Source of the DNA: Psilocybe cubensis
Taxonomy: Eukaryota
Assembly (NCBI GenBank): GCA_017499595.2
Contig: CM039008.1
Span: 1,984,001-2,048,000, forward strand
Length of the DNA stretch: 64,000 nucleotides
Reading direction: 5' to 3'
Position numbers and translations under genes: made by a program. Position 1 is the stretch's first letter; each line of letters begins with the position of its first letter. The notes under the pieces were generated by a model that was given only the letters and a program-made list of their open reading frames with translations, had not been told where the DNA came from and made no database searches. Shown here piece by piece: positions 23,901 to 36,588 of the stretch.

Positions 23901-25825
23901 CTTAAACTTTCAATCCTCGAATTTGCTGCCTGGAGCTGCTGCTGTAACGTTGCTGCTGCACGTTGCGATGCGTTGAGATTTTCAATTGTCGAATTCGCGT
24001 CCCGGAGCTGTTGCTGAAGAGAGTTAATTTGTTCCTGTGCAAGGGCCGCCGTATTTTGTGAGGCACTTAAATCTTCAATCCTCGAATTTGCTTGCTGGAG
24101 CTGCTGCTGTAACGTTGCTGCTGCACGTTGCGATGCGTTGAGATTTTCAATTGTCGAATTCGCGTCCCGGAGCTGTTGCTGAAGAGAGCTAATTTGTTCC
24201 TGTGCAAGGGCCGCTGTATTTTGTGAGGCACTTAAATCTTCAATCCTCGAATTTGCTTGCTGGAGCTGCCGCTGTAACGTACTGACTTCGCTGGATTTCT
24301 CTTGCTGCAGACAAGCGATGTCGTTTTCTAAATCTGAGATTTGTGCGAAGAGTTGTTGACCTCGCGAAGCAACCGCAGCTTCGAGATCGGCATTCGTTTT
24401 CTCGTGACGCTCCTGAGCTTCAAGACGCTGGCGGTCGTATGCTTTAGATAAGGACTCTGCACGCCGAAGTTTGATCAACGCTGACGAGAGGTCGCCTTGT
24501 TGAGTTTTAACAGTTTCTTCAAGCCCTTTGGAGCTCTCCTTCTCCGTCCGCATTGCCTTCGACAGCTTGGTATACTGCGAACGTACAGCCTCTACCTCCT
24601 TTTTGCTCCTTTCTGCTTTCTTTTCAGCATTTTTGATGGCATTCTTCGACTTAGTTAGCTGTACGATGGTGGTAAATACGCAAATCTTGCAACATAGGAA
24701 ATAAATTAACATACTTCCGCTCGTTCATCATCAATGATTTTCTTGAGCACCTCTTCCCTCTGCTTGATCTAAAAAAGCAATGAATACATAAATGACAAGA
24801 AAAGTAGATTTTGGGTAACGTGCCTGTTGCTTGCTCAGCTCTGCGATGTCGACGTCTTTCTGTTCGATGACTTGGACTTTGGTGGTATGGTCTTCCGGTG
24901 CAGCTCGTCGTTTCTTCGCCTTAGACTGGTTAGACTGGTTCGGATCACTTCTAGTGAAATTGAACAAATTTCCAGACAAAACGGGTATAAAAAACCGTGG
25001 AAATGTAGAGGTGCTACTGGGATTTGACGACGTAGGTAGTGTAGGATCAATGTCCATAGACGTTTCAGGGTTCGGAGGAGGATTAGTGTTGGCGGAAGAC
25101 TCGTTCTGTCGGAAATGTCCAGGAAAAAGCACGTCGGAAGACCCAATCCGTGGGATATGTCCAGCGGATGGCCGAGAGACACTATTCGCAATGGAGGATC
25201 CTTGGGCACCCCGAACATCTGTAGCAAACCGGAAAGGCGCCTGATCGATCGAACTAGCGCCGTTGGTGGGCTGAGAAACAGAGGGAGCAACACGATCTGG
25301 GACGGAAGATCCTTGGGCTCCCTGGTCATCTGCAGCAAGCCGGGGTGGTAAGAGAGTAACCGCATTTACAGGAGCTTGATTGGTCAAACTAGCGCCATTG
25401 CTGGGCTGAGAAACAGAGGGAGCAACACGATTTGGGACTGAAGATCCTTGGGCTCCCTGGTCATCTGCAGCAAGCCGGGGTGGTAAGAGAATAACCGCAT
25501 TTACAGGAACCTGATTGGTCAAACTAGCGCCATTGGTGGGCTGAGAAACAGAGGGAGCAATGGAGGCTGTACGTGCACCGTGTTCATCTGCGGCAGGTCC
25601 GGGTGGAGGAATTGGAAAAGAAACCGCTACATTAGAAGGCGTAGCGTTGGACAAAGTAGCTCCAGCTCCTCCTTGTTCTACTTGTTCTAGACGTTCCGTC
25701 GGGTAATCAGGTGATGTGTCCATTGAGGAGGGTTCTTGATCAGTGGAAGATCCAGTTGCCGAAGGAGTAAGTAAGGCCACGATCCTCTCCTTGAGGGGCA
25801 ACGTTTCCCGTCGGGTGGACGACAT
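20929..25825 (-). CDS. Large (~1,400 aa) multi-exon protein: repeats, coiled coil and a C-terminal LGDDGMSSDES...WR...LPINYY..WL domain; candidate TnpA-like accessory protein
   Basis: Consecutive minus-strand ORFs (24731, 23453, 23047, 21888, 21378, 20929) are separated by short GT-AG introns. The TnpA role is an inference. Confidence 0.7.
23800..24280 (-). repeat. 165-bp (55-aa) near-identical coding tandem repeat, about 3 copies
   Basis: TTGTCGAATTCGCGTCCCGG occurs at 23821, 23986 and 24151. It encodes a heptad Gln-rich coiled coil. Confidence 0.9.
25250..25560 (-). repeat. 135-bp (45-aa) coding tandem repeat, about 2.3 copies or more
   Basis: CTGAGAAACAGAGGGAGCAA occurs at 25271, 25406 and 25541. 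Confidence 0.9.
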
Positions 25826-26029
25826 GGGTATGATACTGAGGATGCCTGCCTTCCCGAGGTCACCTTTTGTACACTCAGATGGGGGCTCTTTATTCAAAAA
25901 CTCTTTGTGAATACCGGGAATAAGGAAACAAAGAGGGACTCACCTAAAAGATAGCAGCCAAACCGTATTCGCGCCTCATACTTTCCTCCCTAATTACCGC
26001 CACATCCACCTCCATACTTTTTCGCCGAC

Positions 26030-26595
26030 ATGGTATCATCGTTGATGACCTTCCGGTCGACTACAAGGGTGAGATGAAATCGAAGTTTATATGAATAACG
26101 ACTCACTTCGACCAAGGATCTCCATATGACCCTTAATGCCAGATATTATGCGGTCGATGCAAACCGTGCTGTAACGAAGAAAATACACACTCTTGCAAAC
26201 GCGAGCGGGAGGAGTCCTAGACTGGACTTATTGATGGGCGGGAAATCGCTGCAGCCACACATACATGACGGCGTGGTGTCGATCGTTAACAAAGGGCGGA
26301 CTACACGCTTTCATATCTTCGTTAAGAATCACAAGTTTCTGCCTCGCAACAAATCTCTTAGACGCTGGGGAAATGCACGATGGAGAGGGGATGTCGTCGT
26401 GTTCCGCAAAGGTCTAAGTCTGGACCTCGTCAATTTCACCATACGGGATGGGAAGTTGGCTGACCACGCAGTGAAGAGGTGAGCTGGCGATACTGAGAGT
26501 ATAGAAGAACGCTAACAGTACCTAGGTTTGTGGAAACTGTTCGCCAACAGCCAAGGTTCCGCATCCCAAAGGACCTCTCCTTCACAATGCCCTGA
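26030..26595 (+). CDS. Small basic hypothetical protein (~155 aa, 3 exons)
   Basis: ATG at 26030 and two GT-AG introns. The core reads FHIFVKNHKFLPRN...WRGDVVVFRKG...VNFTIRD..LADHAVKRF. Confidence 0.65.
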
Positions 26596-27195
26596 GCGAC
26601 TTCTGCTCTATCTGAGCGTCTTCTGCTCTGTTTCCTGTTTTTTCTGTTTCCTGTCTTATTTTGGCGGTTCTCCATCGTTCCGACTTTCGTTCGTTTGTAA
26701 ACTAATTTGTACACACATTTACGATCTACTGTAAATATATTTACTACTACTTACGCACTGAGCGACATGGTGTGTTATGGGTGGAAAGAGAACGAAACCG
26801 TGAGAAAATGCCGACCACGCCATGATGAACCCCCGGAATTTTCAAGCCGCGTTGCCGAGGAGAATACCGCACGCGATAATCGGCTTGAGCGGCTTGAAAT
26901 TCCGAGGGGTACATATTGAGCTACTCAACATATTCTCACGCTTTCTCTTTTCCTCAACGTTAACGACAGCCTTGAGTAGCAGAACCATAGGTACGTTTTT
27001 AAACAATGTTGGTATGAAGTTAGCTAGAGGTGATGTACGTGAATAACAAAAAAAACAAAAATACATGAGTTGAACGAGTCTCCACCTACGAGCACAATAA
27101 GAAAATATGATGCGATCGTGTCTTAATAACGACCAGCTGATGACCACACAGCACAAGCAGTGTAGCGCAGACCAGAGTGTTTCGCGAAAATCGCA

Positions 27196-29917
27196 ATGAA
27201 GAAGGTATGTCATGATTCCTTGATATCTTAATCCGTTTAGGTTAGTAACATTATTACAGATAGATCCCAGAATCCGCCAGTTCCTGGACACCGAAGCTCA
27301 AGTTGACGACGAAATTTCTGAGGAAGACGAACAGACGGGATCCGGAGAAATAGATAGAGAAGGTGAATATTATACTTCAAACACATTTACCCTACTAATA
27401 TAACCCTTGCCATTGAGATGGATTCATCGACGATGATACACCCCCGGATGTTGGGCATTCCGTTCTACCGACCCAGTTATCAGTTCATAGGCATACCGAG
27501 GGAGCATTAGAGCGCTTGATTTCGCGCATCGAGTCCAGAATCAATGCCGCGGGAGATGGGGGATTCGCCATTCCTGAAGATCCAGACGATACACTCCATG
27601 ACAATGGTTTGTTGTACATACCTAGGGCGGATGATTATCCACTGTGGCGGGTTGAATGTAGAGTGCGTACCCTACCGTTATTGACACTGGGCGTTCTAAA
27701 CTGAATGGATCTTCGCAGGTTGGTATTGAAGAACAGGCTGTGATGTCTCTGCTCAGCACAGTCTCGGAAGTACATCAGGTTCGTTCCGCATTCACTCGAG
27801 GATCAACACAGGGCAGTATCTATATCGAATGTAAAATGAACCAAGCCCTCGTCGACCTTCTTCTACGGACACCAGGTGTACTGCGTAACGGCTTGGGTAT
27901 CAAACGACAGCTCATCGACTCTTCAGAGTATAGTCAAGTGCTTGGGATGAGGGATGGTCCCGTGGACGTCGGTGCATGGGTAGTCATCAAGAAAGGCTTG
28001 TACAAGGGAGACGTTGGCGTGGTTTCACAAAAAAGTTTTCAACATGCCCGTATTCTCCTCATTCCTCGGCTACATACGACCCCACAGAACCCCCTCAAGC
28101 GAAAATCATCGACTGTTAAGCCGGCTGCTAAGCTCTTCGATCCGGATCACTTTCGACAGCTTTTCCCAACCGACGTGCAGAGCCGTGGGCCTGATTGCTA
28201 CTGCTTTCGCGATATGGACTTCGAACAAGGGCTTCTGGCCCAAAATTTGGACCACCGTTCATTCACAGTTAACGTCAAGGACATACCCCATGACTTCTAC
28301 ACCATGTTTAGAATGAGCCAACACCCAGCAGTTAATCGCTCGCATATGCCACGCCCGCGCGAATGGACTTTGAAAGAAGGCGACGCGGTTCTCATTTGCA
28401 GCACCCCTTCAACCTCTACGTCGTTTTTTGCCCCAGCTATCTTGAAGGTTATGGATACCTACTATGCGGAAGTCCTCGAAATAGGGACACACGGTGTACC
28501 TCTAGCCGACAACCCAACAAAACGTGTGCCGTGGCAAGAAATCAGGAAGGATGTTAAAATCGGACAACATGTTTGTGTACGGGGTGGACATCATACTGGC
28601 AAGACAGGCTGGGTAGTTGCTCTCAAAGATGATCGAGTTCATTTTGTCAGCAAGAAGTTTGAAGGTGAAATACCTACTTATTTTAGGGATGGTGACGAGG
28701 TCATTGAAGTGAGGTCTCCATTTTGTTATTCGTTCTACTTTTGCAACTCTATTGGCTTACTTATCTCTTGACAGTCAACAGAGGTTTTTGTCAACTTTGT
28801 AGACATTGCAAAGGAGCCCGTCGTGCTGCACCACAAGCACGAGCCAGAACAAACTGCCATAATCCCTTATGTGCGCCAGCCAGAATCTGGTCCCCTTCCC
28901 AAGACGCCTCCACATCCATGGTGTGGAGTAAAAGTGAAGATATCTAAGCAGCACCATCCTCGAAAAGGCGAATACGGAGTAATTCAGGATGTCAAGGAAA
29001 ATCTCGATGACAATACTATAACGTTGCACATGCAGTTGACGCGATACGACCCGAATGCCCCATTTCACAGAATATCAGTCCGTTACGACGACGTCGTTGA
29101 ATTTGCGTAAGCGCATTCCATCTCACACAGGTCATGCAACACTCATTATTTTCAACGTAGATCTTCTCTTGAGCTCGTCCTGTTCCTTGATCCCGGTGAG
29201 GGTCATATTCGACCTACCCCAACGCAAACTTTGTCTACGCCGCAACCCGAGCAAGGTCATGATACATCCGCCCATCACCCTTATCTGATGGAGAGGCCGT
29301 CTGGTAGTGCAACGCCCCTTCCGACACCAGCACCAAATAATTTGTCTTCTCCACCTAGTCCAGCTTGGGACCCCTCTTCGAGAACTCCGTTATCTGATTC
29401 CGTGGCGTCTGATCCATTGTGGATGCCTCCAGCACCACCCCCACATGTCCTCTTGAACCCAAAACTCGTGGGAGTTAAACTGAATGCTGTAGTTGACGGC
29501 GGAGATTTTTCTAAGCAGCTAATTGCAGTGTCTATCGAGCTTCATGGCAACGAGGTTGTTCTCCGACATAAAAAATATCACACATGGATTTCATTAGAAC
29601 CCCGTTGGGTCACCCCTAAATACCCTCATCCAATTCACGACAACAACCTTCTCGTCGTCATAAAAGGAGATCACAGCGGCAAATACGTTCGTCGCATTCA
29701 TCACCGACTAGATCAGCTAACCAAGAAAATCAACATTATTCTATCCGTTGTGGCCAGGACCGTCGGCTCGCCTGATTCCTTAACTGGCGAGCAATTGGAA
29801 CTCGATCCGCAGTTTCTTTGTACTGTTCCCGAAACAAAGAAAGAAAGAGAATTGAACTGGCGTGTCATGAATACAACGCGAGCTATGCATAATCGCGGAC
29901 CTAGTCAAAATCAGTAG
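27196..29917 (+). CDS. Divergent SPT5-like transcription elongation factor (~811 aa, 6 exons)
   Basis: Acidic FLDTEAQVDDE/GFIDD; NGN domain LWRVECRVG...VRSAFTRGSTQGSIYIE; KOW1 GAWVVIKKGLYKGDVG...LLIPRL; KOW IGQHVCVRGGHHTGKTGWV; KOW HPRKGEYGVIQDV; CTR-like ATP..SPAWDPSSRTP; terminal KOW LVVIKGDHSGK. The exons splice in frame. Confidence 0.85.
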
Positions 29918-30172
29918 TGCAATGTAACTAGTCCATCGTGTACCAACTTTTTGCGGATTTTATGTCTCTTAATTTGCGTACGTATTTCTTGGGTGTTTTT
30001 TCGGTGTTTTTTTTGTGTAGCGACATGTGCCAAATTTAATAAAGGCAAAGATGTTTATCATCAAGTACATGCGCAAAGGCCCAAATGGGCGTGTCGTTAA
30101 ACAAAGGCAAGGTATATACATATAACACACGACGCGATACGGGCAGTTAGTTTTCCTCCACCAATTCTACTC

Positions 30173-31894
30173 ATGTCGAACCGCAGGACAAGAAAAACAA
30201 TCCACGATGCCTTGAGGAACAGGCAGAGTCGCACCACCAATATCAATCATCATCAAGATGCGTCACCTGCGCCAGGGCGTAATTCTGCAGAAACCTTGGA
30301 CGTAAGTTTCGATTTGGTGCTTAGAGCGATGACTGACTGAGATTATCTCTCAGCTCGACGAGCTGCGGCCCTTTGGAAACGCGTTGACCCAAAGCGAGGT
30401 GGGTTACGGCTGCCTGTATATTTTCTGCATGATTTGGCAAGATGTTAACGCGAATGGCAGGATCTGAATATCATTTCAATCCGCAATACTAATCGCCGAA
30501 GCCACAGAAATCTCCATTTACTCCCAGACAAAGCCAATCCTAGTCCCCGACGCCAAAGAAGCGTCCATGTGATGCCAGACAGAGCCAGGACGCCCCAAAT
30601 TGCTTTGGAGCACTCCGACATCAGCCTTGTATTTTAATTTCGATTGTCTTTCATACGGCAAAACCTGACACGGTTCTTAGCCCGATGATGCACCTATGGA
30701 TAGTATCAGACCAGTAAGCATACATTGTTGTTGTCCTTAAACGATCTCACATTTTTCGCGCCACAACCAGGATGTTCTTTCTGCTGTCGTCCCCGAGATG
30801 GTTAACCATACCCGCGAACCTGACGGAAATGTAAATCATGTCCGCATCCGTGAGCTGGAGGTAGAACTAGTAAAATGTCAAGAGCAGCTAGCGAGAGCTT
30901 CGGATCGAAACAATGAATTGGAATCAACGCTGATAGAAAATCAACGCACATTACAGAATCTTTCTGACACAATTACTGTAGTAAGTTGTATTTGTCCTAG
31001 TTCAACATCATACCTTCCTAACATCTGGGAACATTTGAAAGCATAAGAATAATGAAGATAACTTGCAAAAGCTGAATGACTCTTTGGGTGACAAACTGTC
31101 GGAACGGGAGAAAACAAACGGCGAACTTGAGTCGGTTCGTCATTATATTTAACATATTACCGTATAAAGTTGACCAAGTTGACGGACTACCTTTGCAGAG
31201 GAACAAAGTGTTAACGAGTAGGGCAGAACTATTGACTACAAGAGTAAAGGAATTCAAGAACGAAAACACGCGTCTTCAAAAGGTAAGGTTTCCATCTTGT
31301 CATTCAGGCAGTGTGCTACTAATATCAAGACTGCAGTCAATCGATAACATGGAGGCGAAAGTCGAAGAACGGGAATATCTTGACATTTATATAAAGGTGT
31401 GTTTGATTCTTAAATTCCAGTTGTATCCTTACACAAGCGTTCAAACTTTAGAATCTCCGCCATTGTTATGAGAAATGTCAATCTGACTTGAAAAAATCGC
31501 ATGCAGTGAGTCATGTCGAAATATTTTATGTGCTCTCTGAATGTTTCATAGGAGTCAGCCGAGCTGCAGCGTCAAGTTGAAGCACTTCGCAAGTTATGCG
31601 ATGTCGTCGTCCAAAATACGACTTGCCCAATATGCACTTGCCACATAGATATGCCGGTAATGTATGTTTTTCCAGCGAATCATTGCAATACCGAAGATAA
31701 TGCTCATTACTAATATCTAAAACAGGTTGACTTGCGGTCACTTTTTTTGTTCGAGCTGCCTTGAAGCATGGGACAATAAGAAGGGATGGAAGGGGGGCTG
31801 CCCATATTGCCGCATGGACATTAGCCGAAGGATTACTGCACTGCCAGTTTTCAACCAAATTCTGGACGCGGTTCCAGTCGAATACCGATCTTAA
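30173..31894 (+). CDS. Coiled-coil protein with a C-terminal C3HC4 RING finger (putative E3 ubiquitin ligase), many small exons
   Basis: The spliced C-terminus reads CPICTCHIDMPVMLTCGHFFCSSCLEAW...GCPYCR, with an intron at 31662-31725. Upstream exons have heptad character (IRELEVELVKCQEQL). Confidence 0.75.
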
Positions 31895-32022
31895 CGATTT
31901 TTATATATTGTGAAATGGATATCATGCGTGCTTCTCCTTCCCGAGAAGCTATTTCTTAATACTCCCGATCTCTGTGACTATAAAGTAGCATCAATTTTGG
32001 TACTAGACGTTATCATACCATC

Positions 32023-35000
32023 ATGCCCCCTGCAATAGGCGATCGACTCTGCATATGTAAAGTCCACGGGTGCTACGATAATGTGGACCCAGGAACTAAT
32101 CGAAGGGGGAAATTACTTAAACCCAGGGACTTCAGAGCACATCAGCGACGCCAACAAGAAGAAGACCTAAAGCAACAGCAACGCGCCTTGGATGTACAAT
32201 CAAAAACTCTCGCTAAGCATGATCAAGCCATTGAAGAAGCGTTGAGTCGTCTATCACTGTCGGACCCTCAATCAATTCCATCGTTCACATCCCAATTATC
32301 TGATTCCGATTCTCGCTTCGAAACGAAAAAGAGAGTGGCAGCTCAGCTTGGTGGCCTGTTGGATGAAACAGACGTACACAAACGAGGGATAGAAGCTCTG
32401 CAAGTTAATCCCGGACCTCTCACCGACTCTGCATTACTTGGAGGACTGGATAAGTGCTCCTCAGCATATGGATTCATCGAAAGATCTGCGACAGTGCTGG
32501 CCACAGCCAAACATTCGGCGATCCGAAAGGATCCTTCTATCAAAACACTCATCGATAATGCGCAAATGCAGCTCGGCCTACTTCAGCATGATCTCAAGCG
32601 AATCGAAACTCTCTATAGGAAGGAGTTTGGGAAACGCGAAACAGTTGCCGCCTCGACTCCTATGTACAATTCAGGTAACCGAAAGTTCATTCGATATGGT
32701 TCTAGGCTAATATTTATGGAAAAGGACGACATTTTAAGCCCATCCTGGAATCCGCAACTACCATCTTGCAGTTGGTTGCATTCATGGTCGTGTCGGTCCA
32801 AGTTATTTTTGGCGTTCCTCGACGGGGTTGCCATTGGATTTTTCAAATTTCCGAATTTATCATTGAACAAACAGCCTTCAGTGCCTTGGGCTCTTCCAGT
32901 CACTCTACCCTTCCGAACAAAATCAAACTTCTCCTCTCCAAATTCCCTCGCGACGTTCGTACGGCGACGAGCTACTTCAATATCGATGCGGAAAGCACTG
33001 TTTATGCAGCATGCCCCAAGTGTCACGAAATTTATCCGCCAAAATTGGAGTCTGGCGTTCCCATATACCCAGAGAAGTGTCGTGCACGTAGAAGGCCTCA
33101 CAAGCAAGGTGGCCCTGTCAGGTCCTGCAGAGAATTGCTAGTTCGCCCAAAACAGTTTGGGAAAGCCACCATTAACGCTCCAATAAAGCCATACATTGCC
33201 TTCAGCTTCCATGACTGGATGGCCAATCTCTTATCACGCCGCAATTATGAGAAGACGATGGATTCAGCATGGGATAGAATGCAAGAAAACGAAGGCGATA
33301 TCGAGGATATTTTCCAGGCGACATGCATCAAAAACTTCAAAGGACACGACAAAAGGACGCATTTCGGCAAAATCGGCGACAAGGACTCCGGGAGATACTT
33401 ATTTTCTCTTGGATTCGATTTCTTCAACCCTCTGAGGAACTTGGCAGCTGGGAAAAAGGTGTCAATTGGCGTCATCGCGCTGATATGTCTCAATCTTCCT
33501 ATCGATATCCGCTACAAACCTGAGAATATATTCCTAGCGGGTATTATCCCTGGCCCTTCTGAGCCAAGTCTGGACGCCCTTAACCCGTACTTGCGGCCTT
33601 TGGTCGACGCACTACTGCTATTCTGGGATGGAGTTCGCTTTTCAAAGACGGCTCTTTACGAGCTTGGGCGATGTATATATTGCGCTATCATTGCTATTAT
33701 CGCCGATCTTCCTGCTGCTCGAAAAATCGGAGGTTTTTCCTCACATAGTCACGAATTCTTCTGTTCAGTTTGTACTTGCAGCAAAACCAAGAACACTTAC
33801 AACGACATCGACTATACGACCTGGACATGGCGCACCAACGAGTCCTGTAGAAATCGTTCGGAAAAATATCGCAATGCACAAACTCAGGACCTGGCGGATA
33901 GATCCTTTGACTTGTCAGGACTTCGCTCCTCGGAGTTGCTTCGTTTGCCGTACTACGACGCAACCAAGCATCTTCCCATAGATCCAATGCACAACCTATT
34001 TTTGGGTTTGGTAAAGGAACACTTCCAAAATATCTTGGGATGCAAGAAGATTCCGATGGGTGGTCTTCCCGAATCTGCGGCCCATGCAGGCCGTCTATTT
34101 GCTCACGATGCCAATAATTTGGACCCCGATCGCTTCAACGTCCAGCAAAAAGCGAGCATCAGACGCTTGGAAGGATGGCTTAAGGAGCCCTTTCTCCATG
34201 GATCGGACCTACAGTCAACGATTGACAAACATGCCAAACATTGGGCTGGGAAGGGATGCCACCTGGTCTCCTTGATCTACATTGGCAGAGGACTTGGATG
34301 CATCCCGAGCACTGTTACCGAGAACGGGAGGGATTCCCGTGATCCTGATAAGAGGTATCACAAGCCGGAGCTGGCAAAACTAATAGTGGAATGGGTTCGT
34401 TGCACGCCTTTTCTCAAGATCATAAATCTGATCAATTTTACCGTTGTCTTCGCTTTTTCCTTAGCGATCAAGACAGCCAATAGTACTACCGGCCTCCGTC
34501 ACCTCTCCTGGACTAGCCGGCAGGCAGGGATATATATTGACCTCGCAGGAAATGGACGAATTGCGACGAGATATCAGCGCGATAGTGCAACCATCATGGG
34601 CAACCACTATTCCTATATCAATCTCTTCCTCTGGACCGAAGTTAAAGTCGGATCAATGGCGAGCGGCGGGATCTGTTTACCTCCCAATTACTCTCATACG
34701 CTTATGGTCCTCAGATGGGACAGACACTACCAGCCAGGAACGTCGAGATCTCCTCAACATGACGATGGAGTTATTCCAAGCCGTCTCCGTCATCACTTCG
34801 CGGACAACCTCTGCTGCACATGAAAGGTTGTATCTTGGGCATATGCTCACGTACCGTCAAAATTTGGCACGTTTATTTCCTGACTACAATTGCCATCCCA
34901 ATCACCACATGGCAATGCATCTTGGGGAATTCCTTGCGGCGTATGGGCCTGTTCATGGATGGTGGACGTTCCCTTTCGAGCGTATGATTGGGACACTGCA

Positions 35001-35772
35001 ACAAATACATACTAATTACCATCCTGGTAAGCCGTCAATCATAGAACTCTCATGCTCTACCTAACAATACGTGATAGGCGAGTATGAGGCTACGATTGGA
35101 GAATCGTGGCATAGAAGAAGCAATCTTAGGGCACTGTTTTCCAAGGTCACCTGCCCTCCTATCATTGCCAAGTGCGCTTCAATGTTCGAGAGCATCGTCC
35201 AACCTCAGAATCAAAATTTCCTTGCAAACTACGCTACGGACAAGGTGCAGGCGGTTGGAACCGACGATCAAGATACAGATATCATCCTTGACAATAACCT
35301 GTATCGCGACAGACTGGAGGTTGAACTTCCCGACAACATTCTCAATGCATTTACAAACTTCTTCCAAGGCAGCGCTGAGCTGGTATCTACTCGTCATATT
35401 CGTGCAAACTTAATAAATCGATATACATCGGGCCGCATTTCATACACCAGTTCTTCCATCCATGAAGGAAACAGTCAGATTCTGACACCCTCGGGTCCGT
35501 ATTGCATCCAGAACATTGTAGTGTTCCGCAAGCCACTTCTATACGACGATGTCTGGCTTGTCGCAAAACCATTTCGCGCTGCAAAAATCAAGGTCGACCC
35601 CTATATGCGGTATCAACATCTTAGAGCAAAAATATGGAGCAACGAATTGGAGGAATTCATTGAGGTCATTCCCTTGTCTATGGTTGATACTCATTTTTCC
35701 AAGTGCGTCATTCAATGGGAAGGGAAAGAAGTTGCCGTTTGTGTAAGTTTATCTCGAGTTGTATCCGTTTAA
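32023..35772 (+). CDS. CACTA/En-Spm TnpD-type DDE transposase (Transposase_21 + DUF4218-like), about 1,192 aa, 4 exons
   Basis: ACPKC zinc motif; FSLGFDFFNP...CLNLPIDIRYKPENIFLAGIIPGP; ADLPAARK; IDPMHNLFLG; HPNHHMAMHL...GPVHGWWTFPFERMIG. Exons 32023-32674, 32725-34394, 34465-35026 and 35078-35772 join in frame without stops. Confidence 0.92.
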
Positions 35773-36072
35773 TAGATTTGTATGTACGATTACGATTTTA
35801 CGACCTTTACGTGAGATCAGATCTACCCATAACTTACACTGCAACAGCTCGCTTTAATTCACTCACTGGTCGCGTAGGAGGCGCGTCAGACTCGCATTTG
35901 AGTAACGGCCAGTTCCGTGGGGTACTGACCCGCTTAAACGGCCCGAATCGTTTACCTCTTTGTTTCTAATGAATCGTGTTATTTAGGCCTTTGTTCTTTA
36001 TGTTAAAAGCCTCAAAGACGCTTAAAAGGACCAACGCGAAGTCAACCTCCAACTCATTCCACCCCTACCACC

Positions 36073-36588
36073 ATGCTTTCTCCCATGCTATTTCTCATAG
36101 TCAAGCTATACGACACTTTTATCTTTTTGATATCTGTCCTCGTTACTTTATTCTTGGTTCAACTTGTTCACGAGGAATATCATAAATGGTTCGACTATTC
36201 ACCGGATTCCTCTCCAACCTTGCGTTCTGCACAACATGTCCAACGTCGATCCACAATCTCGAGGCACCTATCTATCCCTACCTTCCACATCCACCTCCGT
36301 ATTGCTGTTCAGCCGGCAACAAGGAATATTTTAGAGGCACGGGACACTGTTATCTGGTCGCAGAATGAGCTGAATATCATGGGGGTGCGTACGTTGATTA
36401 AATGTGTATTATCATCTCTGAATCCTAGCTTATAGAGGGTTCATGGAGTTCGAAACCCCTATCGATATATCTTTGTTCACCGATCTGTCAGCGGCCGAAT
36501 TATATATCTCTTTACCGGCGTCGACCCGAACAGCCCTTCTCCCCAGACCTCGGGCTCACATTACCTTGAAATTGAATTAAATCGCTAG
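36073..36588 (+). CDS. Small membrane-anchored protein, paralog B
   Basis: Intron at 36385-36435 in the same position as in paralog A. Reads NILEARDTVIWSQNELNIMG/RVHGVRNPYRY. Confidence 0.7.

Noticed and set aside
32766-34823. Apparent frameshifts between overlapping transposase ORFs
   Set aside because: They are fully explained by three canonical introns that restore one continuous frame.
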